The notes under the pieces were generated by a model, which was not told where the DNA came from, searched no databases, and worked only from the letters and a program-made list of their open reading frames with translations. Positions 1 through 13,869 of a stretch of 64,000 bases of DNA are shown one piece after another (position 1 is the stretch's first letter; every line of letters begins with the position of its first letter). The stretch is from the human T2T-CHM13v2.0 reference genome, Homo sapiens. The position numbers were made by a program, and so were the translations under genes. The stretch lies in assembly GCF_009914755.1 (NCBI RefSeq), contig NC_060926.1, one strand, 5' to 3'.

Positions 1-523
1 TGGGTATATACCCAAAGGATTATAAATCATGCTGCTATAAAGACACATGCACACATATGTTTATTGCAGCACTATTCACAACAGCAAAGACTTGGAACCA
101 ACCCAAATGTCCATCAATGATAGACTGGATTAGGAAAATGTGGCACATATACACCACGGAATACTATGCAGCCATAAAAAAGGATGAGTTTGTGTCCTAT
201 GTAGGGACATGGATGAAGCTGGAAACCATCATTCTCAGCAAACTATCACAAGGACAGAAAACCAAACACCGCATGTTCTCACTCATAGGTGGGAATTGAA
301 CAATGAGAACACTTGGACACAGGAAGGGTAACATCACACACCGGGGCCTGTTGTGGGGTGGGGAGAGTAGGGAGGGATAGCATTAGGAGATATAGCTAAT
401 GTAAATGATGAGTTAATGGGTGCAGCACACCAACATGGCACATGTATACATATATAACAAACCTACACATTTTACACATGTACCCTAGAACTTAAAGTAT
501 AGTAAAAGTAAATAATAAATAAA
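1..523 (+). mobile_element. 3' end of L1PA (about L1PA4-6): ORF2 C-terminus, 3'UTR and A-rich tail; continues left of the window
   Basis: ORF 57-299 encodes the L1 ORF2p C-terminus (MFIAALFT...MFSLIGGN), followed by the G-rich 3'UTR tract, TGTACCCTAGAACTTAAAGTAT and an A-rich tail. Confidence 0.97.
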
Positions 524-1249
524 GTTTTTATTCTAATTTATTCATTTGACGTTTTCCAAATTATAAAACCAATATCTAACTGTGGTAACAAGATAAACAA
601 TATAAAGAGGGTTTATAAAATTATTTTTATCTTTTCTCACTTAATTTCCTCTCCTACACACACATACACACCCTATACACGCACTCACCCATATACACCT
701 GTGCATATACAGCCACATATACACACAGAAGGCTTTGGTTTCCTTTAAATAAAACATCAAAATGGCATCATATTCTCTTACCCTGGGTGTCCTTTTATTC
801 AGTTAACAATATATTATGGCCACCCAAAAATATGTAGGAATTAACTAAACTCTGTTTTTTCTAATAAATAATATGTGAACACAAAATAACATATCCTCAT
901 ATGCACACATATAATATTATATATAAATAGAACTATATTGTATTATTTTAAAAGGTAGTCATTTTCTTTATTCTTCACTCCACTGTCCTCTTATCCTTCT
1001 GTCAACCTGTACACTGCCATATCCTCTAATCTGCATCTGCTCTGGCAAAACCAAGATAAGTAGTTAATAATTCAGGTGGATGTTTTATATCATTAATGCT
1101 CTAATCATTTAGTTATATATTAAGAGTGATGGAACAGGCCCTGGGGTGCCTGTAAAGAACAATCTTAAATACTGGAGTTGAAAATACAGGGCATTTACTT
1201 GTTTGTGGTGTTGTTTAAAAGAAAATTCAAACCTATTATAATGTAATGT

Positions 1250-2800
1250 GACTTGACACCTTGTTTTTGTCTCTGATCATGGAAAACTCTGAGTAAACTG
1301 TAACCGTTCTAATTCATTTCTCTTGGTGGCTGCATGATATTCCAAGGTGTGAAGTTTTGGTTTGAGAACTTTACTATTTTGAATAATGCTGTTTTAAACA
1401 TTCTTCTACATCTACCCTTTCATATTTATGGGTGAGTTTCCTATGGGTTATATTACTAGATCAAAGGGAATTTTAAATTTTCATAGATTTTCCCAGATTG
1501 TTATTTCAAAGAGGTTATAGCAACACTTTCACTATCAATGCATAGAAGAATACTTTTCTGCAAATCTCTATGAAAAATGGCTAATACATTTTTAAATGTT
1601 CCAGTTGGCTGTGTATAAAATCATATAATTGTCATTTTAATTTTAATTTCCCTGTTTACTTGGAAGTCTAGGAACCTTTTCATATGTTAACAGGTCACTG
1701 GCACTTGCCCTTTTGTAAAAACTCTAGTCATATATTTTGCTCATATTTCCACCTAGTTATTTATATATTTTCCACTTTTATTACTTTTTAAGAATTCTTT
1801 TTCTATTATGGCTCAATTTTCCCAAATCTATCACTTGACTTTTACTTTATGTTGAATTCTTGCTCAGAGAGCTCATATAGTGCTCATTAGGGTCATTCAC
1901 TGGTTCCTTGTTTTATCTATTTGGAGAGGTCATAGTTCCTCCTTGTTTGCTGTTGTTTCTTGTGGGTGTACATTTATGTATTTGCATTGAATGATTAGTT
2001 ACTGATTCCAGTCTTTTCTGTCTGGCTTGTTTTGTTTTATAATTGGACACATTTTGTTAGAGTCTTTGTAATTTACCTGATGAATTCCTTTTCTTTTTTC
2101 CCCACTAGGTTGCTGCCTCTTTTTTGGCACTAGATGGCGCCTGAAAGCCAGCTTTGCCTGTGCTCTAGCAAACAGAACGCTGCCTGACCTGAATCGGGTG
2201 GGTCCCAAACAGATAGTATCCTGGCTGTGTGGGAAGACTGGTTCATGCGCAGAGGACCTGTGTAAAGTACTTCCTACAGGGTGATGCTGCTGAACAACCA
2301 CTCTGCTTTGGCGTCTCCTTTGGCTGAGCTACAGAGCAGAGTTTCCCTGGCTGAGGATGGTAGTCCCATCTCCACATTTTGTCTCTGCCTATCCTAAGGA
2401 ATATTTTTCCTTTCAGGCACTAGGAAAGCTTTGCTGTGTTGAAGCAGGGACAGATATCCGGCCAGGGAACCCAAGATGATGGGGAAACTGGCCATCTGCC
2501 ATGACCTCACTTTTTCTAGTGTAGAAACCATGAGTTAGAGGCAGACTTCCCATGTGCTTGGTGCCAAGCTGACTGGTGGGAGGGGCATCACAGGTATGGA
2601 AGTCCAATTCCCTTATCATTTGCTCAACGTTTTTTCACTTACTTGTGGCCCTGGAAACTGTCTCATCTTTATATTTGAATTCTGGGATAATGCTGGTGAT
2701 AATCTCAGTGCTGTTTATTTGGTTTTGGTTTTTCTGTTGTGGGTGGGGGTGCGTAGTGAAGCCAGATTGATTCTGTGCTGCCATTTTGAAAACAAAAACT
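1250..2800 (-). mobile_element. Old L1M fragments, including an L1M-type 5'UTR (about 1870-2800)
   Basis: Degenerate antisense L1 sequence. It ends in TGCTGCCATTTTG (2777-2789), the reverse complement of the YY1-type CAAAATGGC start of L1 5'UTRs. Subfamily not resolved. Confidence 0.6.
2126..2141 (+). promoter_or_regulatory. CTCF-like motif GGCACTAGATGGCGCC
   Basis: Close match to the CTCF core CCASYAGRKGGCRS with the CpG retained; motif only, no binding evidence. Confidence 0.5.
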
Positions 2801-3165
2801 GACTTTAAGCTATTTGCTGTACATTTTAAGTGCTTATATTAGCCAAATCAACTACAAAAAAGTTTACTCAAGTAATTGAATAACAGTTTCCAAAAAAGAA
2901 TTTTTAAAAAAAATCTTACCAACAAGATATTTGGATGTGAAATTCTAAGATAGTTCCTTGGCTTAGAGGGAACATCATGGATTCATCCCCTTTCCATTCA
3001 TCCTTTTGCTCTTTCATCTAAGTGTTTTAGCTTTTTATCCTAAGCCTAAATATTGACTGTTAGACATAAGATAGCTTCTAAGATACAAACATGGTGTTTT
3101 CACATGGTTGTGTTCAAAGGTAGAAAGCAGAGGTATTGGGGCAGTGAGAAAGCTCTCTCTTTCTC

Positions 3166-3302
3166 TTATTTTATTTTATTTTATTTTATATTTTATTTTA
3201 TTTTATTTTATTTTATTTTATTTTATTTTATTTTATTTATTTTATTTTATTTATTTTATTTTATTTTATTTTATTTTATTTTATTTATTTTATTTTATTT
3301 TT
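3166..3302. repeat. (TTTTA)n pentanucleotide tract of about 137 bp with a few interruptions, derived from an Alu poly-A tail
   Basis: Directly visible; abuts the 3' end of a minus-strand Alu arm. Confidence 0.98.
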
Positions 3303-3762
<460 letters not shown>

Positions 3763-3899
3763 AAGAAAGTTCTCCTTACAAAAGAAGGGAATAGCCCTTG
3801 GATGAGCCATGTGTTTTCCACAGCCAAATACATACTTTTCTTCATAGCTTCTAGATTTCTTACATTATTTAAAAGGGTTTCTTCTACCTATAGATAGTA

Positions 3900-6340
3900 C
3901 ATTTAATCTCCCAATTTTTCGTTGTCTTATGTTTTATATTTAGGTCTCTGTTCTATCTAAAATTTATTTCTTATATCATTTGGATAAAAAAATTCAAAGA
4001 AATTTAATTTTGTTTTCCTTCAGGAGTAAAGCCAGTTTTGTCTGCACTCTTTATTAAATAAACCGGCTTTCCTCACTGAAGAAAAATACCAGCATTGTCA
4101 TCTATTTAATGTTTGTGTATTCTGGAGGATTTTGAGTCCTCCCTTCTCCTGGCCTGATTTTATATCATGGGCTAATTCATTATTTATTTTATTTACTTTA
4201 AAATATTTTTATTTTCATGTAAGTCAAATGTTTTCCCACCATTCTTCACTCTTTCTTGGCTGTCATCAAATGTATTGTTATATAGGAATCTTAAGCTCAT
4301 TATATTCAATTTGAAAATGAACAAACCAAATGCTAATGTTATTCTGATGGGATGAAAATGCATTAAATTTATGCATCACTTTTGTGGAGATTGACATTTT
4401 AAAGATATTAACTCTTCTCATCTTAGAATATAGTCAAGGTTATCATTTGTCTTTTATGTCCTTTGTCAATTTTTTTTTTTAGTTTTCTCTATTTTGGGGG
4501 GTTGATCTTAAGTTTATTTTTAAGATTTTTATAGGTCTAATTACTGTTGTGAAGGAATAGTCATATTATGAGGAAATTACATATTTCTATTTCTAAGAAA
4601 ACACTTTTTTTATATTTGTTTCTTATGCAGATACCATGCCACATTTTTTCTAAGAAGCTTTTACATATAATTTGAATTTTCAAATGCACAATTTTTCCAC
4701 CAATAGCCTTTATATCAATTACTTCACTTTATTAACTTATTGCATTCCCTCGAATCTCCCAATGTTGCAGTGGTAATAACAGGTATACCTGTGTAATATC
4801 TGATTTTAATTGAAATACTTTTCTTGTTTAACAACTCAGAATAATCACTAGATATTGGATTTGGGGAAACCAATATCTTATTTATGCAGTTTCCTTCTTA
4901 TTTCACTTATATTTTTGTTAGAAATGGCTATTTGATTGTCTGAAATACTTATTAGCATTTAATGGTTTAGTCATATGGTTCCCTTTAAACAAAATTATGT
5001 AATAAATGATGTTGATTGATTTCCAGATATTGAACCATCCTTGTATTCTTAAAATAAAATCTACTTAGTTTTCAATATATTTCTAGATTCTATTTGTAAA
5101 TATTTTCTTCAGAATTTTTGCATCTATATTTGCAAACTATATTTTATATTTTTCTTTTTATAGTATATTTGTCAGCTTTAACATTGTTGCTATTTTATTA
5201 GGCCATTCTTACATTACTGTAAAATACCTGAGACTGGGTAATTTATAAGAAAATATGTTTAATTGACTCATGGTGCTGCAGGCTGTACAGGAAGCATGGT
5301 TCTGGCATCTGCTTGGCTTTTAGGGAGGTCTCAGGAAGTTTATAATATGGCGGAAGATGAAGGGGAGCAGGCGCATCACATGGCAAAAGTGGGAGCAAGA
5401 GAGAGAAAGTGGGGTGGAGGGGAGGTGCCACACAGTTTTAAATAACCAGATCTCATGAGGACTCACTATCATGAAGCTAGGACCAAGTCGGGGGGATCTG
5501 CCCACATAATCCAAACAGCTCCCACCAGGACCCACCTCCAGCATTGGGGATTATAATTCAACATAAGACTTGGGCGGGGACAAATGTCCAAACTATATGT
5601 TATACTAGCTTTAAAAATGAATTAGAAAGATTTCCACTTTCTTCTCATTACTTGGAAGAATTTAAGAATCTTTGAAATTTTATTTTCTGTAAAGGTCAGA
5701 AAGAACTTATTTGTGAAACTGGTTTTGTTGCCTTTCTACATGGCAAATCTTTTTATTGCTTCTATTATATTTATTTGGGTCATTCCATTTTTTTCACTTT
5801 TTCTTGAATCAATCTTGGTCATTTACATTTTGTTAAGAGATCAACATCTTTGGCTTTTAAAGTTTTGAATATTAATTTGTATTTAGTAATGTATAATTAA
5901 TTAAGTTTATTCTGCACTTAGAGTTATGTCTCCTTTCTCAATTTTATTTTCACTTTTTGTTTCATTTTGTTTTTCACTTTTAATAACAGTCAAATAATTG
6001 ATAGTCTTGAAATAAATATTTTTTGATATGTTGGTCTTTTCTATTAATTTTTAAAGTGTTTAAAATTAATTTCACCTTAATATTACTAATTCTCTTTCTC
6101 TAAATTCTTTTGTTCTTTTTTGTTGTTATTCTGCACATTTCTTAAGATGGTCACTATCTCTTACTCTTTAATTGTTTTTATTAACAATAAAGGCATTTAA
6201 GGCTGTAAATTGTCTTCTTGGTAAATTTTGCTATTTACCATAACTTGATATGAGACATACTGCTTTTAATTACATTATGGTGAGCTTGTAATTTCAGTTT
6301 TGTTTTTCCCTTTGATTTATACATTAATTTAATGCTTTTC
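3900..6340 (-). mobile_element. Highly diverged L1M/L1ME ORF2 remnants, interrupted by an MST LTR
   Basis: T-rich antisense L1-like blocks such as GATATTGAACCATCCTTGTATTC and AGAATTTTTGCATCTATATT. Confidence 0.65.
5194..5600 (-). mobile_element. MaLR solo LTR (MST family)
   Basis: ATACCTGAGACTGGGTAATTTATAAGAAAA...CCCACCTCCAGCATTGGGGATTATAATTCAACAT...CCAAACTATAT matches the MST/THE1 LTR in reverse complement. Confidence 0.92.
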
Positions 6341-7146
6341 ATTAACCAGAATGCCACAATAAGAGCATATTAGTATATTATATAAATGGCACCAGGTATT
6401 ACAGCTATTTTTCAAATTCATTCTTGAATCAAAACTTCAAACAATGGTATAATAATTATGTTTGGGAGCCACCCAAATGTTACCACAAAAACAAAAGTGC
6501 ATAAACATAGCTGGAAATGAATGAAAGCACTGTGCAAAGTTCCATATGTGCTTCAGCATTCCATGAGTCTCCTTTAAAATAAAGAAAATAAACCATCTAT
6601 GAATATATTTTGGCAACAGGAATATGTAGTATGTTTTAAGATTCCCACTACACATCAGCATCTCCTAATGCATCCAATTAATCAGGAAAATAGTTACTCC
6701 TCACGGCAACCAGTTACCTATTTATTGGCTGTGGGAAGGCAAAGTAACAATGCAAAAAGTGGCATGAATCTTATTTTCCCAAAAATGGGAAGAGAAAAAT
6801 GGTTCTCAAAAGTTATCTGGATCTGCACAACTACTACTGAGTATCTTCTGATATTATTTCATCCCAAGTTTCTCTTTACTAATAAGGATTCTAGACAACT
6901 AGCTCCTCTACTGTTCTGAGTGTTAAGTGGGCAGTACCAATCAGATGAAATGAAGAGCTATCTCACATGGAAGGAAGAGGACAAAACAACAACTACTCAG
7001 TATGATTGCTCAGTGCTTCTCTACAGAGGAACAGGCAAAGAGTATACAGGGTTGGGTCTTGGCAGGAGCATAGCATAGGTAACCCCTATTAGAATAATCC
7101 CAACCCAAGTGCCTCTTTAATTTTTCCTACTCTTCTAGGTAAGTTC

Positions 7147-8040
7147 ACACATTCAATTACTTATTGAATATGTACCTATTATGTGCCAGGCACTAGTCTA
7201 AGCTGTGAGGATTTGATTAAAAGATATAGCTCTTGTCCTTAAAGGTCTTTAAGTATTTTTAAAAAGAAGACAGGAAAAAAAAACACAAATTATGGCATAA
7301 TAAGAACACTGTTATAACTGAATAGAAAAGTTTAGTGGGAACAGAACAGAAGGAGCATTTATGGGCCCAGTGCATAATCAGGACTCAATAAAATTGAACA
7401 AAAACAAAAGTGAATGAGTAAATGAATTAAAGACCTTCAATGATAATGAAGGTTTCATAGGAAAAAACTTTTGAATTGAAGCTTATAAAAGCAAGAATTT
7501 TCTGGAAATGCAGGAGGAGAGGGTCCTAGATAGAAGGAAAGGCAGATGCAACTTCAGAGGGTAAAAATCATGGCACAGTAAGGGAGCTTTGCATAATTTA
7601 AATGGCTGGAAGTTAAAGATCCAACTATTGGGAGGAGCAGGGCCTAAGAATTGAGGCTGGACACTTGGCCGGAGACATCACTGATATCCTTGAAAGCCAT
7701 ATGAAGGATTTTAGGCTTTGTCCTGTAAGTCAGGGGATAGCCCCTGTAGAATGTTAAATAAGGGAGTGAAATGCCAAATTTATATTTGATAAATATCCTT
7801 CTGGTTATTCTCTGGAAGAAAGCTTGGAAAAGAACAAGCCAAGAAGCAGAGAGAGACAATAAAGTACTCCCACAATAGTCCCAGGACTTGACAATAGAAA
7901 CCTGTACCTGTCTCGTCGAAGTGAGGATGGAAAATGAGGAAGATACCTAGAACATTTGTGAGGAAGAATTCACAAGTCTGATGGGCTGTGAAGGGTGAGA
8001 AATAGGGAGAGAGAAAAACCTGGAATCCCTCAGATGACTG
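7147..8040 (-). mobile_element. L2 fragments
   Basis: CATTCAATTACTTATTGAATATGTACCTATTATGTGCCAGGCAC (L2 3' end, reverse complement) followed by purine-rich L2 body. Confidence 0.7.
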
Positions 8041-8103
8041 CTTTTCTTGCTTAAGCATTACATTCATCAAGACTAACAGATGTGTCTTAAAAAGATGACT
8101 CTG

Positions 8104-8611
<508 letters not shown>

Positions 8612-9724
8612 TCATTTTCCCAAAATCTGTGTGGCTGCAATGAAGGGAAGGTTTCCTCTGAGGTCCTTTCAGCTCACTCATCTACAATTTTCCCACATAG
8701 CCCATGGCATACACTCAATGTATTATCCACAGTAGCTTTACTAGCTTGGTTCATAAAACTACTTGGAAAATGCATGATTGAGAAACTTTTAAGAGCTTCA
8801 GGGAAAATTAAACTCAAGGAAGAAGATCATCAGGGAAATGATGAAAGTTGTTATCAATGTTTTTACTGTAATTTAAATGAAATAATATGGAAGGATATTT
8901 AAATTCAATATAATATCTAACGATTTTTGAGGAGTTCATCTGAGCTTAGCACTGTGCACTATTGTCTCATTTAATTCTAACAATAGCTTTATGTGTTAGA
9001 TACTATTATTACTCCTAGCTCATAATAATAAGCACTGTACAATTAATTTGTAGTTGCATTTCATTGTTCATTATAAACATTTAACAGTTTTCTTTCCTAC
9101 AATTTCAACCAGATACTCACTGATTAGCTTTTCTTTGCTGCTTATAATAGGAATGTTAAAATTTATTCTGTGTACCTATTTCTTCTACTAAATGTTTAAT
9201 ATCTTTCTGATATTATTTGTATTCGTTTATTCTCACCTCCTACATTTCACCACAGTCCTGGAGACAGACAGTAACTTTGAGGCTCGCCATGGAAACAGCT
9301 TAGCTGAGATGCTAATTTTTAAAACTCCCTGTTAATATATAGTGAGGCATAAAACTCTGGTTTTATCTAAGGTCAAGTCACCCCAAAGCAGACATCGTCA
9401 ATCTTTTTGATACACCACTTGCTTTTAATGACGTTGGAAGATCTCTAAGGTAGAGTTTAGCATTTCTTATGTTTCATAAGTTTTTCCTAAATAGTTCAGT
9501 TCCTGCTCTACAGCACACTTTATCCCCATTTTTCTATGCTGGTGTTTAATTATCTCTCCAATTATCACCAAGATAAGTGACTGGAAATACAGGTTTATGT
9601 CAAGTCCTAAATCTGCCAGGGCATAGAAAGGTTAAACTAAAGTAAACTGGGGTAAAGTAGAATTTCATGTCAAAAAATGAGATGTTGATGAAAGATTACT
9701 GTATCTCTCTGTCACTTGACAAAA

Positions 9725-10345
9725 ACATATCCAGGTATACTAGACTTTTGTTTTGTCTGACCAACATCTATTTGTCCTTCTTCTAGTAACAGAAACAGCT
9801 TCTCTTCCATTTTTCCCACCACGGTGGCATTTGAGTGGGACTGACTTGAGTCCTCAGCTTCAGGAGTGGATAGATGTCCTTTAAAGTGAAATTCGGCAGA
9901 ATTGTAGCCTAGGATCAAAAATGGAACAAAATCAATCTATTACAATACAAGTACCAAGCTTGAGTGGTCATTCGGAGCACTCTATTGTACTTGGCCTTGG
10001 TAATTACTCAGGGGTGAGTACATGACACAATAGGAGGCACTGGTAGCCATTCCAGGAGCTTTGGCTGAAGTGACAGGGACAGAGGCACCTGTATTCTTAT
10101 ATTGGTACTAAACTAAATACAAAATATTTTCCATCTTTGCCCCCATTCGAATATTGCCTGCCTGGGAATTGAGGACATATAAAGGAAGCAAAGTTGTCAT
10201 CTAACAATGACATTGTTAGACCAACTGGACAGATACACCTGAAGGCAAACAGTCCCAAACTTCACATTTACAGAAATCCAAAATTTATTTTTTGCTAAAG
10301 CTCTTTTGAATTTCTGTCACTTAGGACCAATAGTTCTAAAATGCC
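9725..10345 (+). mobile_element. Old MaLR LTR (MLT1J/K-like)
   Basis: TTTGTCTGACCAACATCT...CTTCTAGTAACAG start and TTTCTGTCACTTAGGACCAA end are typical of MLT1. Confidence 0.7.
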
Positions 10346-10929
10346 AGTAAGATATCAATCCTGTAAGCTACAGTGCAGGCTACATGTTCCTTACCCTAAA
10401 TTCCCACAAATTTGAGTTGGGTAGAGAATTGGGAAATGTGAAGAAAGCCTCTTTTTCTAGCTATGGTTTATAGAATTACCATTCTATAATTGATTGCCTG
10501 ATTCCAAAATAAGTAAATATATATATGTAGACTACTTGTGAACATCTTGGAACATGAAAAATTAGTACTTCATTGACATTAAAAAAAGACCTTTGAAATC
10601 TGTGTAGTCAGCATTCTACATTATGGTTGCTAGACCACTCAAGTCTGGCAATTTTATTTTAGTAGATCAATTGTGCCCCACTATTGCTTCTAGGCTACAG
10701 CCTGGCCAAATTTTACTTTAAAGAGGATTTTATGGCAAAGATCCAAACCCTTTCACAGCAAAAGCTGAATGCTAATGGAATTGTTGTGATTTAAAACTGT
10801 GAAACACAATCTACTTTTCAATGGAGGAAACAGAAACCCTAACCAGAAATATCTTCAGTTTCTTAACATAACCTTGAAGTATATTTTAAAATTTGTATTC
10901 ATTATTTAATGATGAGGGATATTGTAAAG

Positions 10930-11150
10930 TAGCGTTAGATAGCATCAGAGCATCAGATTAAGAGACCTGGGTTCAAGTTTTAGCAATGATACCCACTATC
11001 TGGGTAACCAGGGGTAAGTTATTTAACATCTTGTTGCACCAGTATTAAATTGTAGCATGGATACTAAATGAGATGATGCTTGTAAAATGTTTTGTTCTGG
11101 CCTGGAACATAGAGAATATTCAACAAATGGCTATTGTTGCTATTACTATC
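10930..11150 (+). mobile_element. MIR SINE
   Basis: AGACCTGGGTTCAAG...GGGTAAGTTATTTAAC...AAATGAGATGATGCTTGTAAA core and tail. Confidence 0.75.
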
Positions 11151-11184
11151 ATTGGTAGTAATGCTAGGAAAAGTAGTATTACTA

Positions 11185-13869
11185 TAGATTGAGCATCCTT
11201 AATGCAAAAAAAAAAAAAATCTGGAATGCTCTAAAATCTGACATTTTTGTATGCTGACATAATGCCACAAGTAGAAATTCCACACCTGACCTCAAGTGAT
11301 AGGTGTGTAACACACAGCTTATTTAGTGTTTCCAAGGGAAAAAGAGCCTCCTAGCCCCTTTCAGCTGTACTATATCTTTTCTATGCATGCTGAAATTCCC
11401 CTATGCAATCACACCCACAAAGGGTAATAAAATGGCATGCATGTGGGCCAGACACACCAGCAATGCCCCGCATAGGGCCAAGACCTAAATGTATTCCTCA
11501 CTGTGGGTTTTGGTATGTTTGTTTGTTTGTTTGTTTGTTTTTTGCTTATTCTCTGCTCTGTGGTATAAATATACTGTTGAAAATGTCAACAAAACCTGTA
11601 AATACCCCTATGAGTAACAGTGGCAAAAAAAGGAGGCATTTATGTTTATCTGTAGCACAGAAATTTAAGCTGTTGGAGAAACTGCACAGTGGTGTGTGAA
11701 ATGTATTATAGAAGAGAATGGTATGGGCATTACCAACATATATGACCTGAAGAGACAGAAGGATAAAATGTTGAAGTTCTGTGCCGAAAATGATGCACAG
11801 AAATTAATGAAAAGTAGAAAACACTCAATAAATCTAAAAATGAAGATCTCCGTCATGTAATGAAAAATGGATTCATTAGCATTGCAGTGAACAGTGCCAC
11901 ATAATAGTATGCTGAGTATAAAACAAATAAAGATCTACCTTGATCAACTGAAAATTGAAGGGAACTGTTAATATTCAATAGGCTCCTTGCAGAAATGAAA
12001 GAAAAACCACAACATTAAATTTTTTAAAGATTTGTGGTAATGAAGCAGTAGAGAAATTCATTCACAAGTTTGCTGAGGTCATCGCTGATGAAAATCTGAC
12101 ACCAAAACAAATCTATGATATTGATGAAACATCACTGTTTTGGTGTTATTGCCCCCAGAAGGCCTTGATTACACCTGATGAGACAACTCCTACAGGAATT
12201 AAGAATTCCAAGGACAGAATAACTGTGCTGGGATGGGCTAATGCAGCAGGCATGCATTAAGAATAAACTTGCTGTGACAGGCCAAAGCTTGTATCCTTAC
12301 TGTTTTCAAGGAATATATTTTTTACCAGTTAATTGTTATGCTGACAAAAAGGGATGGATCACCAGAGAAATCTTTTCTGATTGGCTTCACAAACATTTTC
12401 TATCAGCAGTTCATACTCATTGCAGGGAAGTTGTACTAAATGACAACTGCAAAATTTTGTTATCCCTTGGCAACGGTTCTGCTCATCCTCCAGCTGAAAT
12501 CATCATCAAAGTAATGCTTATGCCATGGGTTTTTTCCCAAATTTGACTTTATTAATTCAGCCATATGCCCAGGGTATCCTTACATGAATGAAGAGTAAAT
12601 ATGAAAACACTTTCTTGAACAGCATGCTAACAGCAATGAACACAGGTGGTGGCATAGAAGGTTTTCCAACAGAGTTTAGCATGAAGGATACCATATATGC
12701 TGTTGCCAATACTTGGAACACAGTGACTACAGACACAGTTGTATAAGCATGGTGCAACCCCTGGCCTGTAACTAGGTTCATAGATGATGATGAACAAGAT
12801 GGTGACTTTGAAGGGTTCTCATATCAAGTGAGAAAAAAAATGCCTGATCTCCTTACATATGCAAAAATATACCTTCAGAGTCCATTAGTCAGCTGGAAAA
12901 AGTGGACACTGAAGAAGTTTTTGACATTGATAGTAAGGCTTCAGTTTTTCATTCACTGACTGATGGTAAAATAGCCAACATGGTTCTGATTTAAGGAAAT
13001 CCTGATAATAGTGATAATGAAGATGACGTTATTAGCACTGCAGAAAAGGTATGTAAAGACAACAAGGCGAAAATGTGTGAGGAGCTTTTTGAAGGACTAG
13101 AGTAGCATGCATTCATAACAGAACAAGAAATCATGTATGTTTATAAAATCAAGGAAAGCCTTGTAAGACAAAAGGTGTTGTTAACAAGGCAGATTACTTC
13201 AGAGGAAACATTTAAAAAAAAACACCCAGCAGAATGCCTCCTTATCCCCAGAGGACCCACTTCCTGATCCTTCACTGCTTCTGATGATTTTTCTTACAGA
13301 AATAAAATACACTGTACAGTAATCTTTTAATCAAAACACAGCATCACAGGTAGAGACGAAGAGCCTGCTATTGTTCGTTGTTGCTGTTAACAGCTGAGAT
13401 GGGTGTTCTGGTGATGCTACTGTGCTGCTTAGTTCCCCTGAACACATTATTTTTTCACTGTATCAGTGGTGTGTCGTATTTTTTACTGTTAAGTACTTAT
13501 GTGTAAATAACTGTAAAAAATGATGGCTTATCAGTAGCATATAATTCAGTAAGGAATGATGGTGATGCTAGACAACCAGATTGCCCATGTGGGTGGCTGA
13601 GATAGTGACACCTTTGCTTCTGATGGTTCAATGTACACAAACTGTTTCACACAAAAAATTACTTTAAATGATTGTCTAAGATTACTTTCAGGTTATGTGT
13701 ATAAGGGTATCTGAAACATAAATAAATTTCATGTTTAGATTTGGGTCCCATCCCCAAGATATCTACATATATACATATTATATATATATATATATATGCA
13801 AATATTCCAAAACCCAAAATTGAAAACACTTCTGGTCCCAAGCATTATAGATAAAGAATATTTAACCTG
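11185..13869 (+). mobile_element. Near full-length Tigger4 (Zombi), a pogo-family DNA transposon
   Basis: Terminal inverted repeats (TAGATTGAGCATCCTTAAT ... ATAAAGAATATTTAACCTG) flanked by TA on both sides; about 2.7 kb with an internal transposase remnant. Confidence 0.88.
11583..13280 (+). pseudogene. Disrupted pogo/Tigger DDE transposase (Jerky/CENP-B family)
   Basis: N-terminus MSTKPVN..KKRRHLCLSVAQKFKLLEKL (HTH-psq like), then IYDIDETSLFW, KDRITVL, KKGWITREIFSDW, LLSLGNGSAHP and LIQPYAQG motifs, with multiple stops and frameshifts. Confidence 0.85.

Noticed and set aside
9256-9449. Exon-like segment after CACCACAG with donor AAG|GTAGAG
   Set aside because: The best frame stops after about 25 codons, the donor is weak and there is no recognisable homology.
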